Assembly: GCA_036517375.1 (NCBI GenBank)
Contig: DATDWM010000017.1
Coordinates: 3,208-67,207, forward strand
Direction: 5' to 3'
Length of the DNA stretch: 64,000 nt
Origin: Minisyncoccota bacterium
GTDB lineage: Bacteria > Patescibacteriota > Minisyncoccia > Phycocordibacterales > UBA9973
The position numbers were made by a program, and so were the translations under genes. Below, in pieces: positions 1 through 9,488 of the stretch. The notes beneath the pieces are model-generated. The model had not been told where the DNA came from and did not search any database. It saw only the letters and a program-made list of their open reading frames with translations. Every line of letters starts with the position of its first letter. The stretch's first letter is position 1.

Positions 1-1
1 T

Positions 2-448
2 TCTGGCTCTTCCATGCTTCCAACCTTTGAAGATAAAAATTATCTTGTGATCGATGAACTCTCCTATAGGCTAAGTGACCCCCAAAGAAACGATGTAATA
101 GTTTTCAAATATCCGCTCGATACCAAGAAGTTTTTCATAAAAAGGATCATCGCCTTACCAAATGAAACTCTAGATGTGAGGGGTAGTACCGTTACAATAA
201 CGAACGAAGAACATAAAGATGGATTTGTTCTGGATCAGCCCTATATTAACAACAAGTCCAACAACGACATACACATTACTTTAAAAGACGATGAATATTA
301 TGTAATGGGTGACAATAGAGACTTTAGCTCTGATTCTAGATCCTGGGGCGCATTACCTAGGGAGCTTATAGTCGGAAGAGTTTATGCGAGACTGTGGCCA
401 CTAAAGTATCTTGATATATTACCAGGCAAATACGTCCAAGAAGAATAA
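2..448 (+). CDS. lepB: Signal peptidase I, C-terminal part (5' end lies outside window)
   Basis: ORF open to window edge; S26 peptidase C-terminal motifs (YVMGDNRDFSSDSRSWG, GRVYARLWP). Confidence 0.8.
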   Translation, partial: SGSSMLPTFEDKNYLVIDELSYRLSDPQRNDVIVFKYPLDTKKFFIKRIIALPNETLDVRGSTVTITNEEHKDGFVLDQPYINNKSNNDIHITLKDDEYYVMGDNRDFSSDSRSWGALPRELIVGRVYARLWPLKYLDILPGKYVQEE

Positions 449-461
449 GTAATAAAATTAT

Positions 462-1772
462 ATGAGTAAAGTAAAAAAGTCCGCAAAGGAAGCAAAGGCA
501 CGGGAAGTAGCAACTCCGAAGGGAATGCGCGACATAATGAGTGAAGAGTATTATAATTTTCAGGGATTCTTTGAAAAAGCCCAAGAAGTAGCTGTTTATT
601 ACGGATATAAGCCTATCGACACTCCTATCATGGAGCACGAAGACGTTTTCACGGGCGCCATCGGTGAAGGTACTGATATTATCGACAAGGAAATGTACAC
701 TCTGAAAACTAAAGGGGGTGACCATTTAGCGCTAAGACCGGAACACACTGCTCCGCTTATGCGAGCATATATTGAACACGGTATGCAGAGCATGCCTCAG
801 CCCGTTATGTTTTACCACTATGGTCCAATATTCAGGCATGACAAGCCTCAGCGCGGACGTTATCGTCAATTCTGGCAGTTTGATGCAGATGTTCTAGGAA
901 GCGAGAAAAGTATTATGGATGCTCTGACAATAAAGACTTGTGTAAGTATCCTAGAAGAAGCTGGTGCATCCGAGCTATCCGTGGATATCAACTCAATTGG
1001 AGATAAAGAGTGCCGCAATGGATACCTTAAAGAATTAACTAGTTATTACAGGAAACACATAAGCGCACTCGCTCCCATAGACAGAGAACGCTTAAAAACA
1101 AATCCTCTGCGTATTTTAGATTCAAAAGAAGAGAAGACAAAGGAAGTAAATGCTGGTGCTCCAGACTCAGTGAGTTTCCTGTGTGCTCCGTGCAAAAAAC
1201 ATTTCAAAGAAGTGCTTGAATACTTAGAGGAACTTGGTATAAATTACAATATAAATAAAAATTTAGTGCGCGGTCTTTCCTATTATACTCGTACAGTTTT
1301 TGAGATTATAGAACAAAAAGGTGGAGACGAAGGTACTCCACTTACACTTGCTGCTGGCGGCCGTTATGACTATTTAGCCAAGCAAGTCGGTGGAAAAAAA
1401 GATGTCCCATCTGTAGGTTTTTCTATCGGCGTAGACAGAATCGTAGCGTCCTCTTGGTACAAGAAGCTCTCCCCACGCATCCTAAAGAAACCAAAAATTT
1501 ATTTCATTCAGCTAGGAGGGGAAGCTAAGCTAAAGAGTCTAAATATAATAGAAGCTCTGCGGAAGGCACACATTCCTTTAGCTCAATCCATTTCCAAAGA
1601 CAGCCTCGGTTCCCAACTCGCCATTGCTGAGAAGCTTGCCATACCGTACGCTCTTATCTTCGGAGTAAAAGAAGCACTCGACAATTCTGTGATTGTACGC
1701 GACATGTCCAACAGGTCTCAAGACACAGTGAAGCTCTCAAAGCTTGTAGAATATTTAAAGGAACTAAAATAA
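462..1772 (+). CDS. hisS: Histidyl-tRNA synthetase
   Basis: Class II aaRS; N-terminal GMRD, RPEHTAP, GGRYDYL motifs typical of HisRS; 436 aa. Confidence 0.9.
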   Translation: MSKVKKSAKEAKAREVATPKGMRDIMSEEYYNFQGFFEKAQEVAVYYGYKPIDTPIMEHEDVFTGAIGEGTDIIDKEMYTLKTKGGDHLALRPEHTAPLMRAYIEHGMQSMPQPVMFYHYGPIFRHDKPQRGRYRQFWQFDADVLGSEKSIMDALTIKTCVSILEEAGASELSVDINSIGDKECRNGYLKELTSYYRKHISALAPIDRERLKTNPLRILDSKEEKTKEVNAGAPDSVSFLCAPCKKHFKEVLEYLEELGINYNINKNLVRGLSYYTRTVFEIIEQKGGDEGTPLTLAAGGRYDYLAKQVGGKKDVPSVGFSIGVDRIVASSWYKKLSPRILKKPKIYFIQLGGEAKLKSLNIIEALRKAHIPLAQSISKDSLGSQLAIAEKLAIPYALIFGVKEALDNSVIVRDMSNRSQDTVKLSKLVEYLKELK

Positions 1773-1778
1773 AATAGG

Positions 1779-2378
1779 ATGAAGAAAATTCTAGGACAAA
1801 AGGAAAAAGTCTTGAGAATGGTGGCAGTGGATGTGCCAATAGCAGAGATAAAAACACCAAAAATAAAGAAGGTGCTGAAGGAAATGTCGGATTCGTTAGC
1901 AAGCCAAGGTGACGGTGTCGCCATCGCTGCGCCCCAGATTGGATACTCGCTTCGAATTTTCGTTGTGTCTGGGAAAATATTTGAGGCGGGGTTTTCTAGG
2001 CGGGGTGTTTCGCAAGCTGAAGATCCGAGAGGTAGCGCTCCATTGGCAAATGAAGACAGCGACCCCGCCGGGGAAATGCCTCCCGTAAAAGATTTGGTTT
2101 TTATTAATCCTAAAATTTCCAAACTCTCCCGTGATAAAGAATGGCTCCAGGAAGGCTGCCTCTCTGTGCGTTGGCTATACGGGAAGACCCACCGATCTAA
2201 GAAAGCGATGATTACAGCCTATGACGAAAATGGTAAAAAATTCATCCGTGGAGGCTCGGGTTTACTGGCTCAAATTTTCCAGCACGAGACGGACCATTTA
2301 AACGGCATACTCTTCATTGACCACGCCAAGGAAATAAGGGAAGAATTACCCGCAAACGAAGAAGGAAAACCAAAATAA
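1779..2378 (+). CDS. def: Peptide deformylase, with ~35-aa GC-rich internal insertion
   Basis: GVAIAAPQIG, EGCLSV, HETDHLNG metal-binding motifs; extra low-complexity segment between motif 1 and 2. Confidence 0.85.
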   Translation: MKKILGQKEKVLRMVAVDVPIAEIKTPKIKKVLKEMSDSLASQGDGVAIAAPQIGYSLRIFVVSGKIFEAGFSRRGVSQAEDPRGSAPLANEDSDPAGEMPPVKDLVFINPKISKLSRDKEWLQEGCLSVRWLYGKTHRSKKAMITAYDENGKKFIRGGSGLLAQIFQHETDHLNGILFIDHAKEIREELPANEEGKPK

Positions 2379-2392
2379 CTATAGTAAAAAAT

Positions 2393-3253
2393 ATGAATTA
2401 TAATTTTGCATACTTTGGTGGTGAACCTTTATCAGTCCCAACACTGGATAAATTACACGAACAAGGATTTATTCCCAGGCTTATTATAAGCAACCCCGAT
2501 AAACCAAAAGGAAGAAATTTAGAAATTACCTCTCCTCCAACAGCCATCTGGGCAAAGGAACACAACATTCCACTTATTCAGCCAGAGAGTAATGCTAAAC
2601 TTCTTTCTACTTTTTCGAGTGAGGAATTCGGCTTGGCCGTACGTAGCGAGAAAAAATTGGAAAAAATGAAATATGATTTCTTCATAGTAGTCTCTTACGG
2701 AAAAATAATTCCTAAAGAAATTCTAGATTTACCTAAATTAGGAACTATCAACATCCATCCGTCACTGCTTCCTAAATATCGAGGTCCTTCCCCCATCGTT
2801 TCACCTGTTTTAAATGGTGACTCTCAAACAGGGGTAACTATTATACAAATAGACGAAGAAATGGATCATGGTCCAATACTGGCGCAAGAGGAAATAAGTC
2901 TTAAGGGGGACGAAAATATTGGAGATTTAGAAAAGTCTTTAGCTCTATTAGGGGGAGAATTATTAATAAAAATTATTCCGGAATTTGTTGCGGGCAAAAT
3001 TAAGCCCATAGAACAAGACCACAGTAAGGCCACCTTTTGCAAAAAGATTAAAAAGGAAGACGGATTAATAGATTTAAATGATGAGGGAGTTAAAAACTAT
3101 AATAAATTTAGAGCCTACGCCACTTGGCCTAGAACTTTCCTATTCCGCGACGGCAAAAGAGTTATAATTACCGACGCAGTCCTAGAAGACGGTAAATTCG
3201 TCATCAAAAAAGTTATTCCCGAAGGTGGAAAAGAAGTGGATTATAAGAATTAG
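2393..3253 (+). CDS. fmt: Methionyl-tRNA formyltransferase
   Basis: Formyl transferase N-domain (INIHPSLLPKYRGPSPI); follows def as in the conserved def-fmt pair. Confidence 0.85.
   Translation: MNYNFAYFGGEPLSVPTLDKLHEQGFIPRLIISNPDKPKGRNLEITSPPTAIWAKEHNIPLIQPESNAKLLSTFSSEEFGLAVRSEKKLEKMKYDFFIVVSYGKIIPKEILDLPKLGTINIHPSLLPKYRGPSPIVSPVLNGDSQTGVTIIQIDEEMDHGPILAQEEISLKGDENIGDLEKSLALLGGELLIKIIPEFVAGKIKPIEQDHSKATFCKKIKKEDGLIDLNDEGVKNYNKFRAYATWPRTFLFRDGKRVIITDAVLEDGKFVIKKVIPEGGKEVDYKN
2611..2658. repeat. 48-bp GC-rich intragenic element, copy A (inside fmt, in frame)
   Basis: tttttcgagtgaggaattcggcttggccgtacgtagcgagaaaaaatt; about 45/48 identical to 37648-37695. Confidence 0.65.
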
Positions 3254-3278
3254 AAGTATAATTACAAATATCTCAAGT

Positions 3279-3677
3279 TTAGTATTTAGAAGTAAAAGGA
3301 TTTCGCTTCGATAAACCTTTCATCATTTTTTTAACGCTGGCAGCGCCTCGCTTAAAGAGAGTCTGCTTGCGGTCTTTGCTCTTATTTATTTCTCGAAAGA
3401 GGCTGTCTTTAACACTATCAATAGCTTGATATAAGTCTTCTTCGTCGGTACCTCCATAGAACTTCTCCCCTTTAATATTGATCAAACAATCCGCATGAAA
3501 GATCTTGCCGGACTTGTGATGGTTGGTATTCTTTGCAACTTCGAAGTTTACGTGCACTTCTCCCCCCTTCTCTTCAATGGCCGAGAGTAATTTGTCGAGG
3601 TTGGTTACCCGCTTCATGACATAATCATGTATCGCAGGCGTCATCTCCATATTGGTGCTTTTTAAATTTATCTGCAT
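3279..3677 (-). CDS. hpf: Ribosome hibernation promoting factor / RaiA family
   Basis: MQINLKSTNMEMTPAIHDYV start and overall ~110-aa HPF-like fold signature. Confidence 0.75.
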   Translation of the reverse strand: MQINLKSTNMEMTPAIHDYVMKRVTNLDKLLSAIEEKGGEVHVNFEVAKNTNHHKSGKIFHADCLINIKGEKFYGGTDEEDLYQAIDSVKDSLFREINKSKDRKQTLFKRGAASVKKMMKGLSKRNPFTSKY

Positions 3678-3721
3678 ACCTACATTATACTCCCTTTTTC
3701 TTAGATTGTAACCAGTCTGTT

Positions 3722-3745
3722 GAAAAAGCAGTCCCCTTAGGGGTC
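3722..3745 (-). terminator. Weak rho-independent terminator candidate downstream of phosphorylase gene
   Basis: cccc-tta-gggg mini-hairpin followed on minus strand by UGCUUUUU. Confidence 0.25.
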
Positions 3746-3765
3746 ACAATCCACCCGCTGTTGGT

Positions 3766-5436
3766 TTACTTATGAGTATGCTTTTGTTTTAGAGTCGGGA
3801 TATACAATTTTTCTATGTATCCCTGCAGTGTCCGCGAAGTAGAAAAGTTATTTTGTATTAAATTCCGCGCGCGCTCCATCCTCCCCGCCCAAATAGAATC
3901 AATCGGGTTTTTTAAATGTTCTAAATAAACTGGAATAATTTCATTCTCAATTATCCTCATTATTTCCTCTCCATTTTGCTCATTTTTCAATACCCAGCCC
4001 ACATCTTCCTCGGCTACTTCATGAATCCATCCATCGTTAGTGGATAAAGCCAAGGCTCCATTGAGAGCTGCTTTCATTCCACTAGTACCGCAAGCTTCCG
4101 TGCCCGCCATAGGGGTGTTAAGCCAAACATCTGCTCCAGCCGTTAAGACTTCAGCAACGTCTAAACTATAATTCGGAATAAAAATGGCGGTGCCCTTCAA
4201 TTTATCTTCAATAATTTTTTTAATTTCTTTCACGAACGGATTTTCCACTTCGCCCGTAGGTCCAGAGAAAATTACTCTAATGGGCACTGATGAATTTTTT
4301 GAAATTTCAACTAGTTTATCGACATTATCGAAAAACAATAACGGTTGTTTATATTCGACTAACCGCCTTGCCCAGACAAATATCAAGTCCGTACTACTCC
4401 ACACATCCCCTGTCTTCTCTTTCACCATGTCTAAAAGTTTTATTTTGTTCTCTAAGTGTTTTTCCCAAATATCCCCTTTCCCCAACCCTCCTAGTTTATC
4501 CCATCTTTTTATAAAAATTCCATTAGTAATGTTTTCCATCTTCTGGTTCGGCCAAATCTCTTTTGCTTTTTGTGTATGGAATTTGCTAACACCATTTGAT
4601 TTTTCTGAAAGTTTGAAAGAAAGAGTAGTCATGGAGAAAGTGCTTGAATCATCCTCGAAGGAACCAAGCTTTACTATGTCGCTACTATTTATGCATATTT
4701 CCTTAGCGCACGGATCTATCAACAAGCCCACTTTTTCATTTGTAAACTGCTCCTGTCCAGCTGGCACTAAAGTATGATTAGTAAAAATTATATGTTTCTG
4801 GGCAAAGTCACATGCGGTTTTAAAATCCACCTTTTGATGTTCCATTTCGTGTCGCACAAGCTCAAGAGCCAAGAAAGCCGAGTGTCCTTCATTAAGATGA
4901 TAAACCGAAGCGTGGTAGCCAAGTCCCGCAAGTAGTCTGAATCCCCCTATGCCGAGTAATATTTCCTGCTTGAGCCGGACGTCTCTATCCTCGTCATAAA
5001 GCTTATTGGTAATGAGCCTGTCCTGTGGATCATTCTCTTCTATGTCTGTATCTAACAAGTAAACTTTTGTACCATTATCTTCCCATTGCCAAGCTTTAGC
5101 TTTTAAAACTCGGTGATCCATTGGTATAAAGACAATCAATTCTTGATTATTTTTATCCTTTACAATTTTTAATTTATTTTCACTATTATTTCCTTCTAAA
5201 GAAAGTATGCTTTGTGCTTTTTTATAAAAAAGTCCTACTGCTACCAATGGAAATTCTTGCATCGCCACTTCCCGCACATAGTCACCAGCTAAGACTCCTA
5301 GGCCTCCAGCATAGGTGGGCATAGCGGAATCTAGCGCATACTCGGCAGAGAAATAAGCCACTGGATTCTTCACAAAGGTCTGATATCCGTCACTTTTTTT
5401 AAAATTTATAAACCAGTCAGAAGGATTTGTTTGCAT
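3766..5436 (-). CDS. Alpha-glucan (glycogen/maltodextrin) phosphorylase, GT35 family
   Basis: EACGTSGMKAALNG PLP-site motif; 556 aa. Confidence 0.8.
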   Translation of the reverse strand: MQTNPSDWFINFKKSDGYQTFVKNPVAYFSAEYALDSAMPTYAGGLGVLAGDYVREVAMQEFPLVAVGLFYKKAQSILSLEGNNSENKLKIVKDKNNQELIVFIPMDHRVLKAKAWQWEDNGTKVYLLDTDIEENDPQDRLITNKLYDEDRDVRLKQEILLGIGGFRLLAGLGYHASVYHLNEGHSAFLALELVRHEMEHQKVDFKTACDFAQKHIIFTNHTLVPAGQEQFTNEKVGLLIDPCAKEICINSSDIVKLGSFEDDSSTFSMTTLSFKLSEKSNGVSKFHTQKAKEIWPNQKMENITNGIFIKRWDKLGGLGKGDIWEKHLENKIKLLDMVKEKTGDVWSSTDLIFVWARRLVEYKQPLLFFDNVDKLVEISKNSSVPIRVIFSGPTGEVENPFVKEIKKIIEDKLKGTAIFIPNYSLDVAEVLTAGADVWLNTPMAGTEACGTSGMKAALNGALALSTNDGWIHEVAEEDVGWVLKNEQNGEEIMRIIENEIIPVYLEHLKNPIDSIWAGRMERARNLIQNNFSTSRTLQGYIEKLYIPTLKQKHTHK

Positions 5437-5439
5437 AAT

Positions 5440-6930
5440 TTATGAACCGCGTTGCTCTGGTTGTCCGCCACGAATTTTGAAATATTTCGCCTTATATTTT
5501 TCTATAATCTCTTCCACTTCTTTGTGAGGAATTTCCACCCGCAAAAGATCTATCGCATTTATAGTATCATAAATATCTAATTTATTCTCCAGTTTATACA
5601 TAGCGTCGCGCCAGAGTATCGCTTTTTCATATTCATGCCTCGCTACCGCCTGATCTTCCAGCCTTTTCATCATATCCATAAAAGCAAAATACACACCCTC
5701 CTCCGCGCCCCCTTTACTTACCGTCCTATCCTTAAAAGGGATACGTAAAATGTTGCCCTGCGACTGCATCATGGTTCTAATTTTCCCAGTACGTTGCCAA
5801 TTAAAAGCAGTACTAATTATTTTTTCATAATAATCCCTTCCTTCTTCCGTTGCTTTCTTGTTTACGTCCGGCACGTGTCTTAAGGTATCGAGTAGGTTAT
5901 ACGCGCCGTCTTCTATCATTTCCAGGCTCCACCACGGCTTAGCCGATGCCCACCAAAAGTGGTCAGATGCAAGAGCCTTGTCCATCTTACTACGCACTAG
6001 CTCGTAACGTGGATGCTTTTTATCTATAGTGTACACTTCGTTCAAAACCAGTTCAGTGAATTCCCACTGATACTTATGAATGATATTTTCCGGATCATTC
6101 CAGGAAAGGAATTGAACACCCGCTTCGATATCCTCCTTACTTGATGCCCAAGTTGCGCGAGCGGGAGCTATTTCTTTTTTTTCTTTATAGTACTTTTCTA
6201 CATCTGTTATTTTTATGAGTTCAAATTCAGGAGTATCAAAAACTTCGAAAAGCATTTTCTCCAGTCCTGGGCGATGATGCCCAAAGGTCTCCGCATCCAT
6301 AGCAGTTACAATATAATTACCGCTTTTTAATTCTTCGTGCATTGCCTCGAGGAGTGTGTCTCGGGAGCGGACGACAGCGCTCATAATCAAGTTCGAAAGT
6401 CGCCGATTACGGAAAAACACTTGGAGATTTGTATTTTCTAATGTGTAAATTTGACCATAATCCACCTGCCCCACCTCTCCTCCGCAAGAAATCTCATCCA
6501 GAATTATCCATTTAAATCCTAGCTTTTTTATAATTCCGCCAATCTTTTCGTTATAAGCCATTTCTGGAGCAAAAAAACCATTAGGCGTATAACCTTTCAA
6601 GAAATGCTTGAGTGTCTCCGTGTTAAGCTTAATTTGTCGCTCAATTTCCTCTACTGACAAAAGTGGTAGGAGCGCGTGGTATTTTGCAGACCCAGTTACT
6701 TCCAAACGTCCCTCGGCTACGAGGGTTTGTATATCTTTAATCAAATCTTGATAGCCGTATCGATGTAAAAGTTCGAATAAAGCGCCGTTGATATTTATTG
6801 CCAACTGCACGTTCTTATTTTTTTTAAGACCTTCAATGATTGGTCTATAGCTTTGCACTACAATAGCTTCCAGAATATCTGGCTGTTGATCAGCTGGTTG
6901 ATAAAAATGTAGAAAGTTTGCCCATTTCAT
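5440..6930 (-). CDS. Glycoside hydrolase family 57 protein (alpha-amylase/branching-enzyme-like)
   Basis: N-terminal LHFYQP motif like GH57 HxHQP; sits between glgA and phosphorylase. Confidence 0.6.
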   Translation of the reverse strand: MKWANFLHFYQPADQQPDILEAIVVQSYRPIIEGLKKNKNVQLAININGALFELLHRYGYQDLIKDIQTLVAEGRLEVTGSAKYHALLPLLSVEEIERQIKLNTETLKHFLKGYTPNGFFAPEMAYNEKIGGIIKKLGFKWIILDEISCGGEVGQVDYGQIYTLENTNLQVFFRNRRLSNLIMSAVVRSRDTLLEAMHEELKSGNYIVTAMDAETFGHHRPGLEKMLFEVFDTPEFELIKITDVEKYYKEKKEIAPARATWASSKEDIEAGVQFLSWNDPENIIHKYQWEFTELVLNEVYTIDKKHPRYELVRSKMDKALASDHFWWASAKPWWSLEMIEDGAYNLLDTLRHVPDVNKKATEEGRDYYEKIISTAFNWQRTGKIRTMMQSQGNILRIPFKDRTVSKGGAEEGVYFAFMDMMKRLEDQAVARHEYEKAILWRDAMYKLENKLDIYDTINAIDLLRVEIPHKEVEEIIEKYKAKYFKIRGGQPEQRGS

Positions 6931-6936
6931 AATGTT

Positions 6937-8439
6937 TTATAGATTAAACTGGTTCAGAGCTCGTAAAAAGAGTTTTTCATATTCCTTGGCAGATTTTTCC
7001 CAAGAAAAATTCTCCTTCATGGCTCGCTTTTGTATGCCTTGCCAAATTTTAGGATATTTATACATTTCATACGCTCGCATAAATGTCCCCAAAAAAGCAT
7101 ATTTATCATAATTTTCAAATACAAAACCCGTTCCAGGATCCTCAGCTGAGGTATGGTCTTTGACACTGTCTGCTAGTCCACCGATCTTTCTCACAATAGG
7201 CACAACTCCGTAACGCATTGACTCCATTTGGGTTAAGCCACAAGGTTCAAACCTTGAAGGTATCAACATTGCATCCGCTCCGGCGTAAATAGCGTGTGGC
7301 AAAATATTGTCAAAAGACAGATGGGTTGCAACATTTTTATGCCTTTTATCTAGTTCGCTGAAAAAAGAAACGTAACGCGAATCCCCCGTTCCAAGCACAA
7401 TAAATTGAAAGTCAAAGCTCGTGAGTAACGGCTCGATTGATTCCACTACTAAGTCCAGACCTTTCTGTTCCGCGAGGCGACCTATGATACATACCACAAA
7501 AGCGTCTTTCTTTTCCGGCAAATTAAATTTTTGCTGGAGTATTTTTTTGTTTTTTATCCGCTCAATCAGGCTATCCTCGTTATATTTGAATTCGACATAG
7601 GGGTTAGTCTCTGGATTATAATTTTCGTAATTTATGCCATTTAAAATTCCAAAAAGTCTGGAGCGTCGTTCTTGTAAAATCTGGTCCATAAACTCTCCAT
7701 ACTCTGGAGTGGTTATTTCCCGCGCATAACTCGGTGATACGGTATTTATTACGTCGGCATAGCGTATGCCCCGGCGCATAAAATTCATTTTCAACAGGCG
7801 CGCATCCGTGATAGAAGGAATCTGGGATTGTCCGTCATCATAGTCTAGCTCGCTTATGTTTCGATGGTCAAACATTCCTTGCCAATAAATATTGTGGATT
7901 ATAAATACTGATGCAATTTTTGAAATTATTGGATCTTTAATATATTCACTCTTCATATAGTTAGGAATAAGTCCACCCTGCCAGTCATTGGCAACGACGA
8001 TGTCCGGCTTCCAATCGTTTTCCTTATGCCTTATAAATTCTAGAGAACCTCGAGCAAGCAGAGCCCATCGAGCCGGGTCATCGTCATAACCGTACACACT
8101 GCCTCTTTTTTCATAATATTCTTGATTTTCCAAGAAATAATTGACCACATTATTCCCATTTTTATATTTTTTAACATTGCAGATTAAATCTTCACTTCCG
8201 GAGTTAGGCACCAAGAGACCCTCCAGAATAGTCGTCATTGGAAATTCTTCTTCATTTATAGAGGCATATTTAGGAGCCATTGTCCTAATGTCGTGCCCCA
8301 ACTCCACCAATGCTTCCGGTAAAGAATGCAAAACTTCACCCAGACCTCCAATCTTCACGAATGGGGCCACTTCCGCTCCTACAAATAAAATTTTTAGCGG
8401 ATGAGTTTTCTTATTTAAATTAGTTGAAAATATTTTCAT
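6937..8439 (-). CDS. glgA: Glycogen synthase (GT5)
   Basis: N-terminal KIGGLGEV motif, 500 aa. Confidence 0.85.
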   Translation of the reverse strand: MKIFSTNLNKKTHPLKILFVGAEVAPFVKIGGLGEVLHSLPEALVELGHDIRTMAPKYASINEEEFPMTTILEGLLVPNSGSEDLICNVKKYKNGNNVVNYFLENQEYYEKRGSVYGYDDDPARWALLARGSLEFIRHKENDWKPDIVVANDWQGGLIPNYMKSEYIKDPIISKIASVFIIHNIYWQGMFDHRNISELDYDDGQSQIPSITDARLLKMNFMRRGIRYADVINTVSPSYAREITTPEYGEFMDQILQERRSRLFGILNGINYENYNPETNPYVEFKYNEDSLIERIKNKKILQQKFNLPEKKDAFVVCIIGRLAEQKGLDLVVESIEPLLTSFDFQFIVLGTGDSRYVSFFSELDKRHKNVATHLSFDNILPHAIYAGADAMLIPSRFEPCGLTQMESMRYGVVPIVRKIGGLADSVKDHTSAEDPGTGFVFENYDKYAFLGTFMRAYEMYKYPKIWQGIQKRAMKENFSWEKSAKEYEKLFLRALNQFNL

Positions 8440-8459
8440 AAATTAAATATTTACTATGG

Positions 8460-9029
8460 TTATTCTATAATTATTTCTGGTGTATTTTTATAATTCTCAT
8501 TTTTAACAAAAAAAGGTTTACCATCTTTCTTCACCACATAGTAAGCAAAGCCGTGCATCTTCTTAACTGGAGCATAGTCAGCATGTTCCGGCCATGCGCT
8601 CTCGCTACTCTTGCCTGAACTCACTGGACTGTCGTCAGAAGTTACGAGCCATGATGCGCCAGTATTTACCATTAAATGCCCAACTCTCGCGGGTATTGGT
8701 ATTTCATCACCAGCCTTTACAAAAATAGCCCGTACAGACTCGACTTCGTCGTCTACTGGTTCACCCCCTGCATTAATCTTGCGTGTCTGTAACATTAAAA
8801 TTCCTTCACCTTCTAAAATTTTATATGTTTCAATAAAGTCATCTACATGATAATGCCCGTATGCTTTAATGTATTCATCTCCCACAAGTCCGCCTTGCCA
8901 AATAGTGATATTCCTACGTTCACTCCCTCCTCTAATCATAAAGTAGTGAATGGTGGGACCACTACATTTAGGGTCCATTAAAACATCAGACATTTCTTTA
9001 TGGGTTCGCTCCGCTAAAGGATTAGCCAT
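8460..9029 (-). CDS. Cupin-type (archaeal-type) glucose-6-phosphate isomerase candidate
   Basis: ~189 aa cupin with GHYH metal motif, similar size/pattern to cPGI; adjacent to glycogen genes. Confidence 0.45.
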   Translation of the reverse strand: MANPLAERTHKEMSDVLMDPKCSGPTIHYFMIRGGSERRNITIWQGGLVGDEYIKAYGHYHVDDFIETYKILEGEGILMLQTRKINAGGEPVDDEVESVRAIFVKAGDEIPIPARVGHLMVNTGASWLVTSDDSPVSSGKSSESAWPEHADYAPVKKMHGFAYYVVKKDGKPFFVKNENYKNTPEIIIE

Positions 9030-9079
9030 GCTTTTAATATAGCATTTTTAAGGATCCTAGACAATTCACCTTGAAATAC

Positions 9080-9481
9080 TTACCCATTTCTAATCCTTTC
9101 TCTTAAACTTGTACTACTGAAATTGTGATCTCGGCTGTTGTAAATAACCTTCATCTCGGGCAATCTGTCCTTAGAATAGTTAGGTCTATTTTTCCAGTCG
9201 GCGCCCATAAAACGAACATCTGGATTCACTTTCTTTAAAAGATCTAGAAGATCAACTTCACTCTCGTATGTAATGATCTCATCAACATACTTACAACCTT
9301 GCAACCGAATCATTCTTTCTTCTAGAGTTTCGATGGGTTTCTTTTTATCAGGCCTATCCACAGATGGATCAATCTCAAGACCAACTATTAAATAATCGCA
9401 CTGTGTCCTACACTCCTTCAACATCAGCACGTGTCCCGCGTGCAGTAAATCAAACGCCCCACATGTAAATCCTTTAATCAT
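9080..9481 (-). CDS. Cytidylyltransferase-like nucleotidyltransferase (TagD/glycerol-3-phosphate cytidylyltransferase-like)
   Basis: GAFDLLHAGH (HxGH) motif, 133 aa. Confidence 0.6.
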   Translation of the reverse strand: MIKGFTCGAFDLLHAGHVLMLKECRTQCDYLIVGLEIDPSVDRPDKKKPIETLEERMIRLQGCKYVDEIITYESEVDLLDLLKKVNPDVRFMGADWKNRPNYSKDRLPEMKVIYNSRDHNFSSTSLRERIRNG

Positions 9482-9488
9482 GTTGTTT

